Positions 9,706 to 20,387 of a DNA stretch of 48,894 nucleotides are shown one piece after another. The notes below the pieces were generated by a model. The model did not search any database. It was not told the origin of the DNA and saw nothing but the letters and a program-made list of their open reading frames with translations. The position numbers and the translations under genes were made by a program. Position 1 is the stretch's first letter, and every line of letters begins with the position of its first letter. This DNA is from Alphaproteobacteria bacterium. GTDB taxonomy: Bacteria; Pseudomonadota; Alphaproteobacteria; UBA6615. The DNA lies in the NCBI GenBank assembly GCA_028822385.1, contig JAPKDV010000003.1, positions 1-48,894 of the forward strand, in the 5' to 3' direction.

Positions 9706-10155
9706 ATGAGTGAATTACTAACAACTGCTTATCCTTGGATTAAGTCTCTCCACCTGATTGCTGTTATCGCGTGGATGGCGGGCATGCTCTATCTGCCACG
9801 TCTATTCGTCTATCACGCGGATGCAGAGGTTGGTTCAGATAAGTCAGAGACCTTCAAAGTGATGGAACGTCGCCTGTTGCGTGCAATTATGAACCCCGCG
9901 ATGCTCCTTACCTTTGTCTTTGGTGCGCTCCTACTGGGTACGCCCGGGGTTATAGATTGGGGTGCTTTCTGGATCTGGATCAAGCTTGCCGCCGTCGCTG
10001 GTATGACCGTCGCGCATCATATTTTTGGGAAATGGCGTAAGGATTTCGCGGAGGATCGAAACACACGGCCTTCTGGAACTTTTCGGTTGGCCAACGAAAT
10101 ACCGACGCTGTTTCTAATCATTATTGTAATTATGGTGATTGCGCGGCCTTTCTAG
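9706..10155 (+). CDS. hemJ: Protoporphyrinogen oxidase HemJ
   Basis: WIKSLH.IAVI.WMAG.LYLPRLFVYH, MERRL.R.IMNPAM, NEIPT. Confidence 0.96.
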   Translation: MSELLTTAYPWIKSLHLIAVIAWMAGMLYLPRLFVYHADAEVGSDKSETFKVMERRLLRAIMNPAMLLTFVFGALLLGTPGVIDWGAFWIWIKLAAVAGMTVAHHIFGKWRKDFAEDRNTRPSGTFRLANEIPTLFLIIIVIMVIARPF

Positions 10156-10385
10156 GGTTCTGTTTTTGAATTCAGGATTGACTTGACGTCTCGCGCTCAC
10201 TAAGTGCGTAATACAAACGCGAGAAAGACAACAAAGAGCGATCGCTCAACCTTCCGCAATTTCTTCTTTTCTTACCGGCGTTTCACGTCGGCGCGCTGCG
10301 AAGTTCCGCAGCCACATCCGACGACAGGCGTCCGCCGTGTCGTATTAAAATTATTAGCACAGGACAGGTTTCCGCCATGGAACCA

Positions 10386-11642
10386 ATGGATCTTAAACAA
10401 CTCAAACAGAAGTCGCCCGCCGACCTTCTGGTTTTTGCCGAAGAACTCGAGATTGAGGGCGCGAGTAATTTTCGCACCCAGGACTTAATGTTTGCCATCC
10501 TCAAGGCTTTGGCCGAGGACGGCGTGCCGATCTACGGCATCGGTGTTCTAGAGGTTCTGCAGGATGGTTTTGGCTTCCTGCGATCTCCGGAATCTAATTA
10601 TCTACCTGGCCCCGATGATATATACGTCACCCCTAATCAGGTTACCCGATTTGCCTTGCGGACCGGTGATACGGTTGAGGGTGAAATTCGCTCTCCCAAG
10701 GAAGGAGAGCGTTACTTCGCTCTTATGACAATCAACAAGGTTAATTTCGATGATGTGGATGTTACCCGCCATCGTGTGAACTTCGACAACCTGACCCCGC
10801 TCTATCCGGAACGGAAGATTAAGTTGGAGATTGAGGACCCCGAGTTAAAGGACCCCTCCCTGCGGGTGATCGATATCGTAGCCCCGATTGGTATGGGCCA
10901 GAGGGCCTTGCTCGTCGCTCCGCCGCGGACAGGTAAGACGGTCATGATGCAGAATATTGCTAAAGCTATTATGGCAAACCACCCAGATATCTATCTGATC
11001 GTGTTGTTGATTGATGAGCGACCTGAAGAAGTCACCGATATGCAGCGCACCGTGCGCGGCGAGGTGATCTCCTCGACCTTTGATGAACCAGCCACGCGGC
11101 ACGTGCAGGTTGCTGAAATGGTAATCAGCAAGGCGAAGCGACTGGTGGAGCACAAACGCGATGTTGTGATCCTGCTGGATTCAATCACTCGTCTGGCCCG
11201 GGCCTACAACACGGTGGTGCCGTCCTCTGGCAAAGTGCTGACGGGTGGCGTGGACGCCAATGCGCTGCAGCGGCCCAAGCGTTTCTTTGGTGCGGCACGT
11301 AACATCGAGGAAGGTGGCTCCCTGACAATCATTTCCACCGCGCTAATTGAAACCGGATCGCGCATGGATGAAGTTATCTTCGAAGAGTTCAAGGGCACTG
11401 GTAACTCGGAAATCGTCCTCGACCGAAAGCTGTCCGACAAGCGCACTTGGCCGTCAATAGACATCACCAAGTCCGGCACCCGAAAAGAGGAGCTTCTGGT
11501 GGACAAGGGCACGCTCTCGAAGATGTGGGTGCTGCGCCGTATCCTCAACCCGATGGGGGTTGTAGACGGCATGGAGTTCCTGCTTGGCAAAATGAAGTCG
11601 ACCAAGAACAACGACGACTTCTACGACACGATGAATCAGTAG
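10386..11642 (+). CDS. rho: Transcription termination factor Rho (start 10386 or 10377)
   Basis: GFGFLRS...[10 protein letters not shown], Walker [33 protein letters not shown]. Confidence 0.99.
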   Translation: MDLKQLKQKSPADLLVFAEELEIEGASNFRTQDLMFAILKALAEDGVPIYGIGVLEVLQDGFGFLRSPESNYLPGPDDIYVTPNQVTRFALRTGDTVEGEIRSPKEGERYFALMTINKVNFDDVDVTRHRVNFDNLTPLYPERKIKLEIEDPELKDPSLRVIDIVAPIGMGQRALLVAPPRTGKTVMMQNIAKAIMANHPDIYLIVLLIDERPEEVTDMQRTVRGEVISSTFDEPATRHVQVAEMVISKAKRLVEHKRDVVILLDSITRLARAYNTVVPSSGKVLTGGVDANALQRPKRFFGAARNIEEGGSLTIISTALIETGSRMDEVIFEEFKGTGNSEIVLDRKLSDKRTWPSIDITKSGTRKEELLVDKGTLSKMWVLRRILNPMGVVDGMEFLLGKMKSTKNNDDFYDTMNQ

Positions 11643-11666
11643 CGGCTCACGTTCATATTCAAAGAC

Positions 11667-11700
11667 AGCGCCCCGCCCTAGAGCGGGGCGTTTTCGTTTC
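11667..11700 (+). terminator. Intrinsic terminator after rho
   Basis: Stem CGCCCCGC (11669-11676) / GCGGGGCG (11683-11690), 6-nt loop, followed by TTTTCGTTTC. Confidence 0.8.
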
Positions 11701-11748
11701 GGAATAAAGTTGAGGTCACGGCAACATTGTAAAGACTGAAGTGTCAAA

Positions 11749-11892
11749 CCCTTCCCCTCCCCCTTAAAGGGTGCAGAGGGTGATAAGCGTGAGTGAACCG
11801 GGTGAGGTGGTTCACCGTGACGGGTGATACCTGTCTAGGAAACCCTCGCTGTTCCCCACTTACCCCGACCCTTTTCTCATAAGAAGAGGGGA
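11749..11892. repeat. Degenerate REP-like palindromic intergenic element
   Basis: C-run/G-run modules CCCCTCCCCCTTAAAGGG..GAGGG..CCGGGTGAGG and CCCCACTTACCCCGACCCTTTTCT-CATA-AGAAGAGGG; internal hairpin GTGAACC (11793-11799) / GGTTCAC (11809-11815). Resembles the 'ccctctccc..gggagaggg..gggtgaggg / cccctcaccccgaccctctccc' repeats common in alphaproteobacteria. Only one copy is in the window. Confidence 0.5.
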
Positions 11893-11965
11893 GATTGCGG
11901 GAGCAAACTCGGGGGGTATGACGTATATTTCCCTGAAAGCATCACACCCAACAGGGAACAACGAC

Positions 11966-12997
11966 ATGAGCGGTAAACGGATCGCAGTGGTGGGGACTGG
12001 TGCAAACGGGGCGGCGTTTGGCGCGGATATGATCAATGCCGGGCTGGATATCACTTTCATTGAGCAATGGCCGGACCATGTAACGGCAATGCGCGCTAAT
12101 GGCCTACGCGTTGAGATGCCAGAAGAAACGGTGACCACTCAGGTTCTCGTTTTCCATATGTGTGAGGTCGCCGAACTGCAGGAGCCCTTCGATATTATCC
12201 TGCTCGGGGTGAAAGCCTATGATACGCGCTGGGCTTGTGAGCTGATCAAGCCGTTGGTTGCTAAAAATGGTCTGGTTGTTGGCCTCCAGAACGGAATGAC
12301 CATGGACGACGTGGCCTCCATTGTGGGTCCCGAACGCACACTAGGCGCGGTGATTGAGGTTGCCGCAGGGATGTATGAGCCTGGCGTGGTCGTTCGGCAA
12401 ACCGGGCCCGAGGGCACCTGGTTCGGGGTCGGCGCCTTTAATGAAACCACGCAAGGCCGTGAACCTGAGGTTGCCGAGATTTTACGCCATGCCGGCGCGG
12501 TCGAAATCCGCGATGACATTCGTTCGGCCAAGTGGATGAAGCTGGTGGTGAACGCGGCAGAATTTCTGCCGTCCTCGATCCTCAACCTTCCTCTTGCTGA
12601 TGCGGTAAAAATACCTGGTATGCGTGAGGTCATGATGGCATCAGGCCGTGAAGCCGTTCGAGCCGGGTTGGCGCTGGGCTATCACTTGGTGCCGATCTTT
12701 GGCAACACCAAGGTTGAGGCCAATGACCCGGATCATTACGCGACAGTGCTGCTCGATGCGGTTCTGTCCCACTGGACCTTGCCAGACACCAAGGTGACGA
12801 CCTTGCAGGACTGGACCAAGGGCCGGCGCGCCGAAGTGGATGACATCAACGGACTTGTGGCCTCAGAACAGGCACGGTTGGCCGGTGACGCGCCGATCAA
12901 CACACGGCTGGTCGAGATCGCCCACCAGATCGAGCGTGGTGAGATCAAAGCCGATCCCGTGAATGCGGAGTTGCTAAGGTCGTTGCTCGCGGAGTGA
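11966..12997 (+). CDS. Ketopantoate reductase (PanE/ApbA) family protein; substrate uncertain
   Basis: Rossmann GTGANG, VKAYDT, LQNG, W.KL.VN, TTLQDW.KGRR.EVD.ING; likely start MSGKRIAVVG at 11966. Confidence 0.85.
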   Translation: MSGKRIAVVGTGANGAAFGADMINAGLDITFIEQWPDHVTAMRANGLRVEMPEETVTTQVLVFHMCEVAELQEPFDIILLGVKAYDTRWACELIKPLVAKNGLVVGLQNGMTMDDVASIVGPERTLGAVIEVAAGMYEPGVVVRQTGPEGTWFGVGAFNETTQGREPEVAEILRHAGAVEIRDDIRSAKWMKLVVNAAEFLPSSILNLPLADAVKIPGMREVMMASGREAVRAGLALGYHLVPIFGNTKVEANDPDHYATVLLDAVLSHWTLPDTKVTTLQDWTKGRRAEVDDINGLVASEQARLAGDAPINTRLVEIAHQIERGEIKADPVNAELLRSLLAE

Positions 12998-13131
12998 GGC
13001 TTGAGGCTACTTTTTTCGTCTCGCCAGATAGACCCCGATCCCGACTCCAACGAGACCCAGCATCCACGGTGTGTAGCTCGTCAACCCACCTCCACTCTGG
13101 AGACCCTGTGCGTAGGCAGTGGAAATAATCA

Positions 13132-14106
13132 TTACGCCATCAGGATTGTTGAACCCGTCGTCTTCCGCGCGACCAAGTCCTTATGGGCCTGCACTGTCTC
13201 AGACAGCGGATAGGTCTGGTTGATCTCAATCTTCACTGCACCCGATGACACCACGTCAAACAGATCACCGGCGCAGGCGAGTAGCTCTTCACGTTCGGCG
13301 ATGAAATCAAACAGCATTGGGCGGGCGAGATAGATCGAGCCGTGTTCGGACAATTCGCCCGGGGCCACGGGTTCGGGCGCGCCCGAAGCATTGCCAAACG
13401 TGATCAGATAACCGCGGCGTTGCAGGCATTGCATGGAGCCGCGCAGGGTGTCCTTGCCGACGCTGTCATAGACCACGGGGACGCCCGCGCCGTCGGTGAC
13501 CTCTTTCACCCGTTCGACAAAGTCTTCCTCGTTGTAGTTGATGACGTGATTACAGCCATGGGCTTTGGCGAGCTCGCCCTTTTCGGCGTTACCGACCGTG
13601 CCGATCACGTTTACGCCGAGATGGTTGAGCCACTGGCAGGCAATCAGGCCAACGCCACCGGCGGCGGCATGCCACAGAACTGTCGAACCTTTCTCGACCT
13701 TGAAGCAGGACTTGATCAGGAACTGGACGGTCATGCCCTTGAGCATCATGCCGGCGGCCTGCTCGTCAGAAATATCATCGGGGAGTTTCACCGCGATCTT
13801 TGCCGGCATCACTCGCTCTTCGGCGTAGGCGCCGAGGGGCAAATCGGCGTAGCCGATGCGATCACCCACGGCGAGGTCCGTGACGCCACCACCCACAGCG
13901 ACGATTTCGCCTGCGCCCTCTAGACCCAAACCATTTGGCATCGGCACCGGGCGAGCGCCTGAACGCAGATAGATGTCGATGAAATTCAGACCAGCCGCGG
14001 TTTGTTTGACGCGGATTTCGCCGGGTCCGGGATCGCCGACCTCTACCTCTTCCCACTTCATGACTTCCGGACCGCCGGGCTCGTGGAATTGAATTGCGTG
14101 GACCAT
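13132..14106 (-). CDS. qor: NADPH:quinone oxidoreductase (zeta-crystallin/MDR family)
   Basis: GGPEV, GLNFID.Y.RSG, HAAAGGVG, GVPVVYDSVGKDT, FGNASG, RKTTGS. Confidence 0.93.
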   Translation of the reverse strand: MVHAIQFHEPGGPEVMKWEEVEVGDPGPGEIRVKQTAAGLNFIDIYLRSGARPVPMPNGLGLEGAGEIVAVGGGVTDLAVGDRIGYADLPLGAYAEERVMPAKIAVKLPDDISDEQAAGMMLKGMTVQFLIKSCFKVEKGSTVLWHAAAGGVGLIACQWLNHLGVNVIGTVGNAEKGELAKAHGCNHVINYNEEDFVERVKEVTDGAGVPVVYDSVGKDTLRGSMQCLQRRGYLITFGNASGAPEPVAPGELSEHGSIYLARPMLFDFIAEREELLACAGDLFDVVSSGAVKIEINQTYPLSETVQAHKDLVARKTTGSTILMA

Positions 14107-14154
14107 GTGACTTTCCTCTGAAAACTGTGTTCGTAGGTTCTTGTTGGTGTGAAC

Positions 14155-14622
14155 CTACTGACCGGGTTCGGCACCTTCAAGTGTTAGCAGAATTCGTTTG
14201 GTAACAATGCCGCCGCGACCCGAGTAGCCACCAATGCCGCCGCCGGCAGCGATGATCCGGTGACAGGGCACGATGATCGGGATCGGGTTCTTGCCGCAGG
14301 CGTTACCAACAGCCTGGGCGCCAGAACTGATAGTCTGGGCCAGATCGCCATAGGTGCGCAGATCACCGAACGGAATTTTCGACATTTCGGCCCAGACTTT
14401 TTTCTGATGCACGGTGCCCTCTGGTGTGAGGGGCAGCGTGAAGTTCTGTAGGTTACCGGCGAAATAGGCGGCGATTTGGCGGGTAACCTCTATCTGGTTT
14501 GGTGTGTCCGGAGGTGAGTCTTCGGTGTTCACCCAGTCGAGTGCGGTGATTGCGTCCCCCGTCATGCGGATAGCTAGCCGTCCGACCGGAGATTCCATGG
14601 TGCAGAAGGATGCCCCGGTCAT
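14155..14622 (-). CDS. ogt: Methylated-DNA--protein-cysteine S-methyltransferase
   Basis: IPFG..RTYG.LA, AVG.ACGKNP.PI.VPCHR active site, GGYSG. Confidence 0.92.
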   Translation of the reverse strand: MTGASFCTMESPVGRLAIRMTGDAITALDWVNTEDSPPDTPNQIEVTRQIAAYFAGNLQNFTLPLTPEGTVHQKKVWAEMSKIPFGDLRTYGDLAQTISSGAQAVGNACGKNPIPIIVPCHRIIAAGGGIGGYSGRGGIVTKRILLTLEGAEPGQ

Positions 14623-16625
14623 GCTGTAAGCTCCGTGATCAGTTGTTCGGGGTCCTGCACCGGCAATGAACAGACTGGACCCCTACAGACATAGGCACTA
14701 GGGGTGCCGTTGACCCGAGTTTTTCCGAAAGCAGGGTGGGTGTCGGGAAGGCTGTCATCCGGTGCGACCACAGAAACAATCCGCGTGGGCGTTTTCCCGC
14801 GATAGGCGGCTGCGCGGAGCGCCAGAGTTTTGGGATCATCCAAGGCTCCGATGATGGCGACCTGAATCGCCTCGGCCAGTTGTCCGGCAGCCATTAGAAG
14901 TGTTCCGTAACTGAACGCATTCTCGGTGATATCCCCGGCAAAGGCTCGCAACACGCCTTCGGCGCGGTCCCGGTAGTGTAGTTTGGCAGTGAGGTAATAG
15001 AGCCGCACGAGAACCTCGGCTGCGATGCCGTTCCCGGCAGGGGTCGCATTATCGAAGCCGGTCTTGGTGCGGGTGATGACGTCGGTGGCGTTGTCATCGG
15101 TGAAAAAGTAAGCGCCATCATCGCTGGTGAAATGATTTTCTACATAGGTCATTAGTCCCTGTGCATCGGACAGGGCGTCCGGGTTGCCTGTTGCTTCGTG
15201 AAGTGAAAGTGCGGCACGGGCCAACATGACGTAGTCGTCCAAAGTGGCGCGGTGTCGTGCGTCGCCATTGCGACAGCTGTGGTGCAGTTCGAGGTCCTCG
15301 TTGATCACCATATTTTCACGAACAAAGTCGTAGGCACTTTGTGCTGCCGTCAGCCATTCAGGATTTTCAAAGGCCATGGCGGCTTCAACAAGCGCAAAGA
15401 CCATCAATCCGTTCCAGTCGGTCAGGATTTTGTCATCGAGGGCAGGCCGGATACGGGGTTCGCGGGCGGCAAATAACTTCGCGCGGAGTTTGGATAGGTG
15501 TGCCTCGGTGGTGGGATCTTTCAAAGCCGGGTCCTGGGATCGGTTCAGGATTGTGTGGCCCTCCCAGTTGCCATCAGGGCGGATGTCATATGTGGCAGCA
15601 AAGAAAGCAAAGTCATCCTCGAGTACAGCTTTGATCTCGTCCTCGTTCCAGACGTAGAATTTTCCTTCGACCCTTTCGGAATCCGCGTCGAGTGTTGAAT
15701 AGATACCGCCATCTCGATGGGTCATCTCGCGCTGAATCCACGTGATGGTTTCGTGTACCGTATTCGAATACAGCGGATTGCCGGTGGCCCGCCATGCCGC
15801 GGTGTAGAGCTCGAGCAACTGGGCGTTGTCGTAGAGCATCTTTTCAAAATGCGGCGCCAACCAGGCGGGGTCCGTGGAATACCGTGCAAATCCGCCCCCA
15901 AGATGATCATAAATACCGCCCTGTGCCATTCGGTCGAGTGTTAGGGTTACAGCATCACGGGTCGCGGCATTGCCATGTGCCCACATCATTTTCAAAACCG
16001 AGCACTGTGGAAACTTTGGCGCAGTGCCGAATCCGCCATGGGTCTTGTCGATCTCCTCGGTGAAACGATTAGCAATAGCTACGATAAGATCCGGTGCTGG
16101 GGTGTCCCCGGGTTCTGGCGTGGACATGTCGTTGATGGCTTCAACAATCGCGCGGGTGTTGAGGGCTACCTTGTCCTGTTCGGTGCGGTAAATCTTGTCG
16201 ATATGTTCCACGAGATCGGGGAAACCCGGTCGACCGAAACCGGGGCGCGGCGGGAAGTAGGTGCCTCCCCAGAACGGTTTGCCGTCTGGGGTACAGAACA
16301 TGGTTAGAGGCCAGCCGCCCTGTTGGCCCATGAGGGATAAAGCAGATTGGTAGATAGCATCCAGATCGGGACGCTCTTCGCGATCGACCTTGATGTTGAT
16401 GAACAGACGGTTCATGACCGCTGCGGTATCTTCGTTTTCGAAACTCTCATGGGCCATAACATGGCACCAGTGACAGGCGGCATAACCGATCGACAACAGG
16501 ATCGGCTTGTCTTCTGCTTTTGCACGAATGAGTGCTTCCTCGCCCCACGGATACCAGTGGACGGGATTGCCAGCGTGTTGCAGAAGATAGGGACTGTTTT
16601 CATCGGCCAAAAAATTGTGGGTCAT
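14619..16625 (-). CDS. Thioredoxin-domain protein YyaL/SPATA20 family (DUF255 plus alpha/alpha-barrel)
   Basis: [66 protein letters not shown]. Confidence 0.92.
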   Translation of the reverse strand: MTHNFLADENSPYLLQHAGNPVHWYPWGEEALIRAKAEDKPILLSIGYAACHWCHVMAHESFENEDTAAVMNRLFINIKVDREERPDLDAIYQSALSLMGQQGGWPLTMFCTPDGKPFWGGTYFPPRPGFGRPGFPDLVEHIDKIYRTEQDKVALNTRAIVEAINDMSTPEPGDTPAPDLIVAIANRFTEEIDKTHGGFGTAPKFPQCSVLKMMWAHGNAATRDAVTLTLDRMAQGGIYDHLGGGFARYSTDPAWLAPHFEKMLYDNAQLLELYTAAWRATGNPLYSNTVHETITWIQREMTHRDGGIYSTLDADSERVEGKFYVWNEDEIKAVLEDDFAFFAATYDIRPDGNWEGHTILNRSQDPALKDPTTEAHLSKLRAKLFAAREPRIRPALDDKILTDWNGLMVFALVEAAMAFENPEWLTAAQSAYDFVRENMVINEDLELHHSCRNGDARHRATLDDYVMLARAALSLHEATGNPDALSDAQGLMTYVENHFTSDDGAYFFTDDNATDVITRTKTGFDNATPAGNGIAAEVLVRLYYLTAKLHYRDRAEGVLRAFAGDITENAFSYGTLLMAAGQLAEAIQVAIIGALDDPKTLALRAAAYRGKTPTRIVSVVAPDDSLPDTHPAFGKTRVNGTPSAYVCRGPVCSLPVQDPEQLITELTA

Positions 16626-16721
16626 GAAGTGGCCTTATCGGTTAAAGGTCGGGGATCAACTTACAACCTCGGCGTATTGATCGCATAGGCAAGCACCGGC
16701 TCAGTGAAGAAGGGGTCCACA

Positions 16722-16988
16722 ATGAAGGTTACTATCAGTATTGATTGCACGCCGGAGGAGGCGCGGACATTCTTTGGGTTGCCCGATGTGTCTGGCGCCC
16801 AGAAGACGGTTATCGACGAATGGCAGCGCCGAGCGATGGATGCGATGTCGAATATGGACCCCCAGAGTTTGATAAAGACTTGGGTGCCGGAAGGGCCGGC
16901 GTTACCAACAGACGTTGAAGGCTGGGAGCAGTTCCAGAATGTATTCTGGGCGGCGATACGTGATTCGGGCTTTAAGCCGGGGAAATAG
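16722..16988 (+). CDS. Small conserved alphaproteobacterial protein (DUF6489-like)
   Basis: MKVTISIDCTPEEARTFFGLPD signature; AAGGGG Shine-Dalgarno-like sequence upstream of the ATG at 16722. Confidence 0.8.
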   Translation: MKVTISIDCTPEEARTFFGLPDVSGAQKTVIDEWQRRAMDAMSNMDPQSLIKTWVPEGPALPTDVEGWEQFQNVFWAAIRDSGFKPGK

Positions 16989-16993
16989 ATTAC

Positions 16994-18349
16994 GTGGACG
17001 GTAGTGTAAATATTTTGGGCGAAACTATCTATGCGCTGTCCAGTGGTGCGGGAGCCGCTGGTGTAGCTGTCGTTCGTGTGTCGGGACCTCAAGTCGATAG
17101 CATTCTGGAATTGCTCGGGGTGTCGACTTTGCCAGTTCCACGTTATGCTGCACTGCACAATATTCTAAACCCCAAAACCAGTGAGATTTTGGATCAGGCG
17201 CTGGTGATACGGTTTCCGGGCCCGGGGAGCTTCACTGGTGAGGATGTTGCTGAATTGCATATCCATGGTGGTGAAGCGGTCCTGACCGCTGTCCTGGCGG
17301 CTCTGAGGGATACTGGTTTGGCCCGGATGGCTGGAAATGGAGAATTCACTCGTCGCGCCTTCGAGAATGGGAAGCTTGATTTGACGGCGGCGGAGGCCAT
17401 TGGTGATCTGGTGGCCTCGCGAACCGACGAACAACGAAAGCTTGCCTTGCGCCAGTACGATGGTGGTCTTGCAGATCTCTATGAGGGCTGGCGTTCAGAG
17501 CTGATTGCCCTTCTGGGATATGCGGAAGCTGAAATTGATTTCTCTGATGAGGATCTACCAGACGCACTACATCATCTAGTGGTAGATAAAATTGTGGCGA
17601 TTAAACAACGGGTTATTGATCATAGTAACACTGCACTACTAGGTGAGCAGATACGGACAGGGTTTCCGATCTCCATTCTAGGCGCACCAAATGCGGGCAA
17701 ATCTAGCCTGATGAATCTCTTGGCCCGGCGGGACGTCGCGATTGTTTCTGAAGTTGCGGGTACGACCCGGGATGTGATTGAGGTTCAAATGAATCTCGGC
17801 GGATACGCGGTAACTATCTCGGATACCGCGGGTATCCGGGATTCCGATGATGAAATTGAAGCCGAAGGTGTCCGTCGTGCTGAGCAGCTTGCGCAGCATT
17901 CCGCGCTGAAGATAGTGGTCATCGATGCAGCGGAGCCTGTATTGCCTGACCGGGTGCGGAGAGTAATCGATACGGATACGTTGGTGGTGGTCAACAAAAG
18001 TGATCTTGGACCGGTCCCGGTGTGGGTTGGCGATATTTTTGATACTCAGGAAGTGCCTACATTGTCTGCCAAAACTGGTGATGGTCTAGAGGAATTCGTT
18101 TCTATTATTTCCGGACTCGTTCGTATTAAGCTCGCTGCCTATGAGGGCCCGGTGCCCACTCGTCAACGTCACAGGGAATCCCTTCAGGAGTGTGTAGATG
18201 CGCTCAAACGCGCGGAAGCTGCTGTCTTACCGGAACTGGCTGCGGAAGACGTCCGACTTGCGGTCAGAGCTTTGGGGCGCATTACGGGACGTGTAGATAT
18301 TGATGAAGTCCTTGATACGGTCTTTCGAGATTTCTGTATCGGGAAATAG
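16994..18349 (+). CDS. mnmE: tRNA modification GTPase MnmE (TrmE)
   Basis: SFTGED.AE.H.HGG, GEFTRRAFENGK.DL, GAPNAGKSSL, GTTRD, DTAG, NKSD, C-terminal FCIGK. Confidence 0.98.
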   Translation: MDGSVNILGETIYALSSGAGAAGVAVVRVSGPQVDSILELLGVSTLPVPRYAALHNILNPKTSEILDQALVIRFPGPGSFTGEDVAELHIHGGEAVLTAVLAALRDTGLARMAGNGEFTRRAFENGKLDLTAAEAIGDLVASRTDEQRKLALRQYDGGLADLYEGWRSELIALLGYAEAEIDFSDEDLPDALHHLVVDKIVAIKQRVIDHSNTALLGEQIRTGFPISILGAPNAGKSSLMNLLARRDVAIVSEVAGTTRDVIEVQMNLGGYAVTISDTAGIRDSDDEIEAEGVRRAEQLAQHSALKIVVIDAAEPVLPDRVRRVIDTDTLVVVNKSDLGPVPVWVGDIFDTQEVPTLSAKTGDGLEEFVSIISGLVRIKLAAYEGPVPTRQRHRESLQECVDALKRAEAAVLPELAAEDVRLAVRALGRITGRVDIDEVLDTVFRDFCIGK

Positions 18350-18353
18350 ATGA

Positions 18354-18369
18354 TGTTTCACGTGGAACA
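18354..18369. promoter_or_regulatory. parS centromere site (one mismatch from a perfect palindrome)
   Basis: TGTTTCACGTGGAACA between mnmE and mnmG; the palindrome extends to GATG..CATC (18352-18371). Confidence 0.92.
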
Positions 18370-18399
18370 TCGTACGACTGAATAAACGGAAGTACGGTT

Positions 18400-18428
18400 T
18401 TGACAGGGGAACCGGGAAGTCTTACATA
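18400..18428 (+). promoter_or_regulatory. Putative sigma70 promoter of the mnmG-rsmG-parAB operon
   Basis: TTGACA (18400-18405), 17-nt spacer, TACATA; 24 nt upstream of the mnmG start. Confidence 0.45.
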
Positions 18429-18452
18429 CCGCGGGCTACGACGGGTACAGAT

Positions 18453-20336
18453 GTGACGTACGATCTAATCTATGACGTGATTGTAATCGGCGGTGGCCAT
18501 GCCGGCTGCGAAGCTGCAGCTGCGTCTGCAAGGGTGGGGGCATCAACGCTTTTGGTCACCCACAAGGCTGACAAGATTGGAGAGATGTCCTGCAACCCAG
18601 CCATTGGGGGGCTTGGGAAGGGTCATCTTGTACGCGAGATCGATGCGTTGGACGGTATTATGGCTCGCGCTATCGACAGGGGCGGCATTCAATTCCGGAT
18701 GCTTAACAAGAGCAAGGGGCCAGCAGTATGGGGCCCCCGGGCGCAGGCAGATCGCAAGCTTTACCGTCAAGCAATTCAGGCGCTTCTAGGAGCGCAGCCC
18801 GGTCTGGATGTTCTAGAAGGCGCCGTGCAGGACCTTCGCCTGGCCGAGGACGACCGTGTGAGCGGCGTTATTTTAACAAGTGGGCAAGAGATCAGCTCTG
18901 GTACGGTGGTGCTTACCACCGGCACCTTCCTGCGTGGCGTAATACATATTGGTGAAGCGCAAATTCCGGCGGGGCGAATGGGAGAGGCCCCGGCTTTAGG
19001 TCTCTCTGAGACGCTGCTCTCTAAAGGCTTCGCTCTGGGGCGCCTAAAGACGGGAACACCACCTAGACTTGATGGGCGGACAATTGCCTGGGACCGGCTA
19101 GAACGGCAGCCAGGCGATAATCCGCCGGTTCCGTTTTCAACGATGACGGAAAAGATAACAACGCCGCAGATTGATTGCCACATTACTCACACGAATGCGG
19201 CGGTTCACGATCTTATCCGGGCCAACCTTGACCGTGCACCAGTTTACTCTGGTCAGATCGAAAGTGGTGGCCCACGCTATTGTCCATCTATCGAGGACAA
19301 AGTCGTTCGGTTCGCTGATAAGGCCGCTCACCAGATTTTCCTCGAACCGGAAGGGCTGGATGACGATACGGTTTATCCGAATGGTATTTCGACTTCGTTA
19401 CCCGAAGATGTCCAGCGAGCGCTTCTTAAGAAAATACTCGGTCTGGAAAAAGCACGCATGATTCAGCCGGGCTATGCCATCGAGTATGACTTTGTGGACC
19501 CTCGGGAATTGTTTAGAACCCTTGAGGCACGCCGCTTACCCGGACTTTTTCTAGCTGGGCAGATCAACGGTACTACCGGATATGAGGAAGCAGCTGGGCA
19601 AGGTCTGGTGGCTGGTATCAATGCAGCGCATCAGGCATCTGGCAGTGAGCGGCGCTTTAACCCGGATCGTGCAACATCCTATATCGGGGTTATGATCGAT
19701 GATTTAGTCACCCGCGGTGCGGATGAGCCCTATCGGATGTTTACCTCCCGGGCCGAATATCGCTTGTTGTTGCGTGCAGACAACGCCGATAGTCGTTTGA
19801 CGCGGGAGGGTGTGGCGCTGGGGTGTGTAGGGTCAGAACGTGCACTGGCGTTTGAAGCGAAAGAGTCTGCACTGGATGCGGCACGGGAGCGTTTGGATGA
19901 CTTGGTAGGATCCCCAAACAAATTGGTCCGTCATGGGATCAAGGTCAATCAGGATGGGATCAAGCGGTCCGCTTTTGAATTGTTGTCCTTTCCCAATGTG
20001 ACCTTCGATGGGTTGGTGCAGGTATGGCCCGCACTTGAAGATATTACTGGACCCGTTCGAGCCACACTGGAGGTGGAGGCCAAGTACGCCCATTATTTGG
20101 TTCGTCAGGCTGCTGATGTTGCGGCCTATCGTCGGGATGAAAACCTACAGTTGCCGCAGGGCCTTGATTATAGCGCCATACCGGGTCTGTCGAGTGAGGC
20201 TAGCCAGAAGCTTAAACAACTTAAGCCTGAAACTCTGGGCCAGGCTGGTCGTATCCCGGGCATTACACCGGCCTCCTTGCTAGTGCTTTTGCGCTATGTC
20301 CGCCGGACGCCGGGAAAAGCGGAGAATGCCGCTTAA
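18453..20336 (+). CDS. mnmG: tRNA uridine-5-carboxymethylaminomethyl modification enzyme MnmG (GidA)
   Basis: [72 protein letters not shown]. Confidence 0.99.
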   Translation: MTYDLIYDVIVIGGGHAGCEAAAASARVGASTLLVTHKADKIGEMSCNPAIGGLGKGHLVREIDALDGIMARAIDRGGIQFRMLNKSKGPAVWGPRAQADRKLYRQAIQALLGAQPGLDVLEGAVQDLRLAEDDRVSGVILTSGQEISSGTVVLTTGTFLRGVIHIGEAQIPAGRMGEAPALGLSETLLSKGFALGRLKTGTPPRLDGRTIAWDRLERQPGDNPPVPFSTMTEKITTPQIDCHITHTNAAVHDLIRANLDRAPVYSGQIESGGPRYCPSIEDKVVRFADKAAHQIFLEPEGLDDDTVYPNGISTSLPEDVQRALLKKILGLEKARMIQPGYAIEYDFVDPRELFRTLEARRLPGLFLAGQINGTTGYEEAAGQGLVAGINAAHQASGSERRFNPDRATSYIGVMIDDLVTRGADEPYRMFTSRAEYRLLLRADNADSRLTREGVALGCVGSERALAFEAKESALDAARERLDDLVGSPNKLVRHGIKVNQDGIKRSAFELLSFPNVTFDGLVQVWPALEDITGPVRATLEVEAKYAHYLVRQAADVAAYRRDENLQLPQGLDYSAIPGLSSEASQKLKQLKPETLGQAGRIPGITPASLLVLLRYVRRTPGKAENAA

Positions 20337-20387
20337 CTCCCACATATTGTGGCTGGTTGTTATATCATTGGCTTTTATGGGGTATGC

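Noticed and set aside
10204-10488. 94-aa ORF upstream of and overlapping rho, as a possible leader peptide
   Set aside because: It overlaps rho out of frame, starts within the putative promoter and has no Shine-Dalgarno.
13001-13213. 70-aa ORF between the panE-like gene and qor
   Set aside because: TTG start, antisense overlap with the qor 3' end, and no motif.
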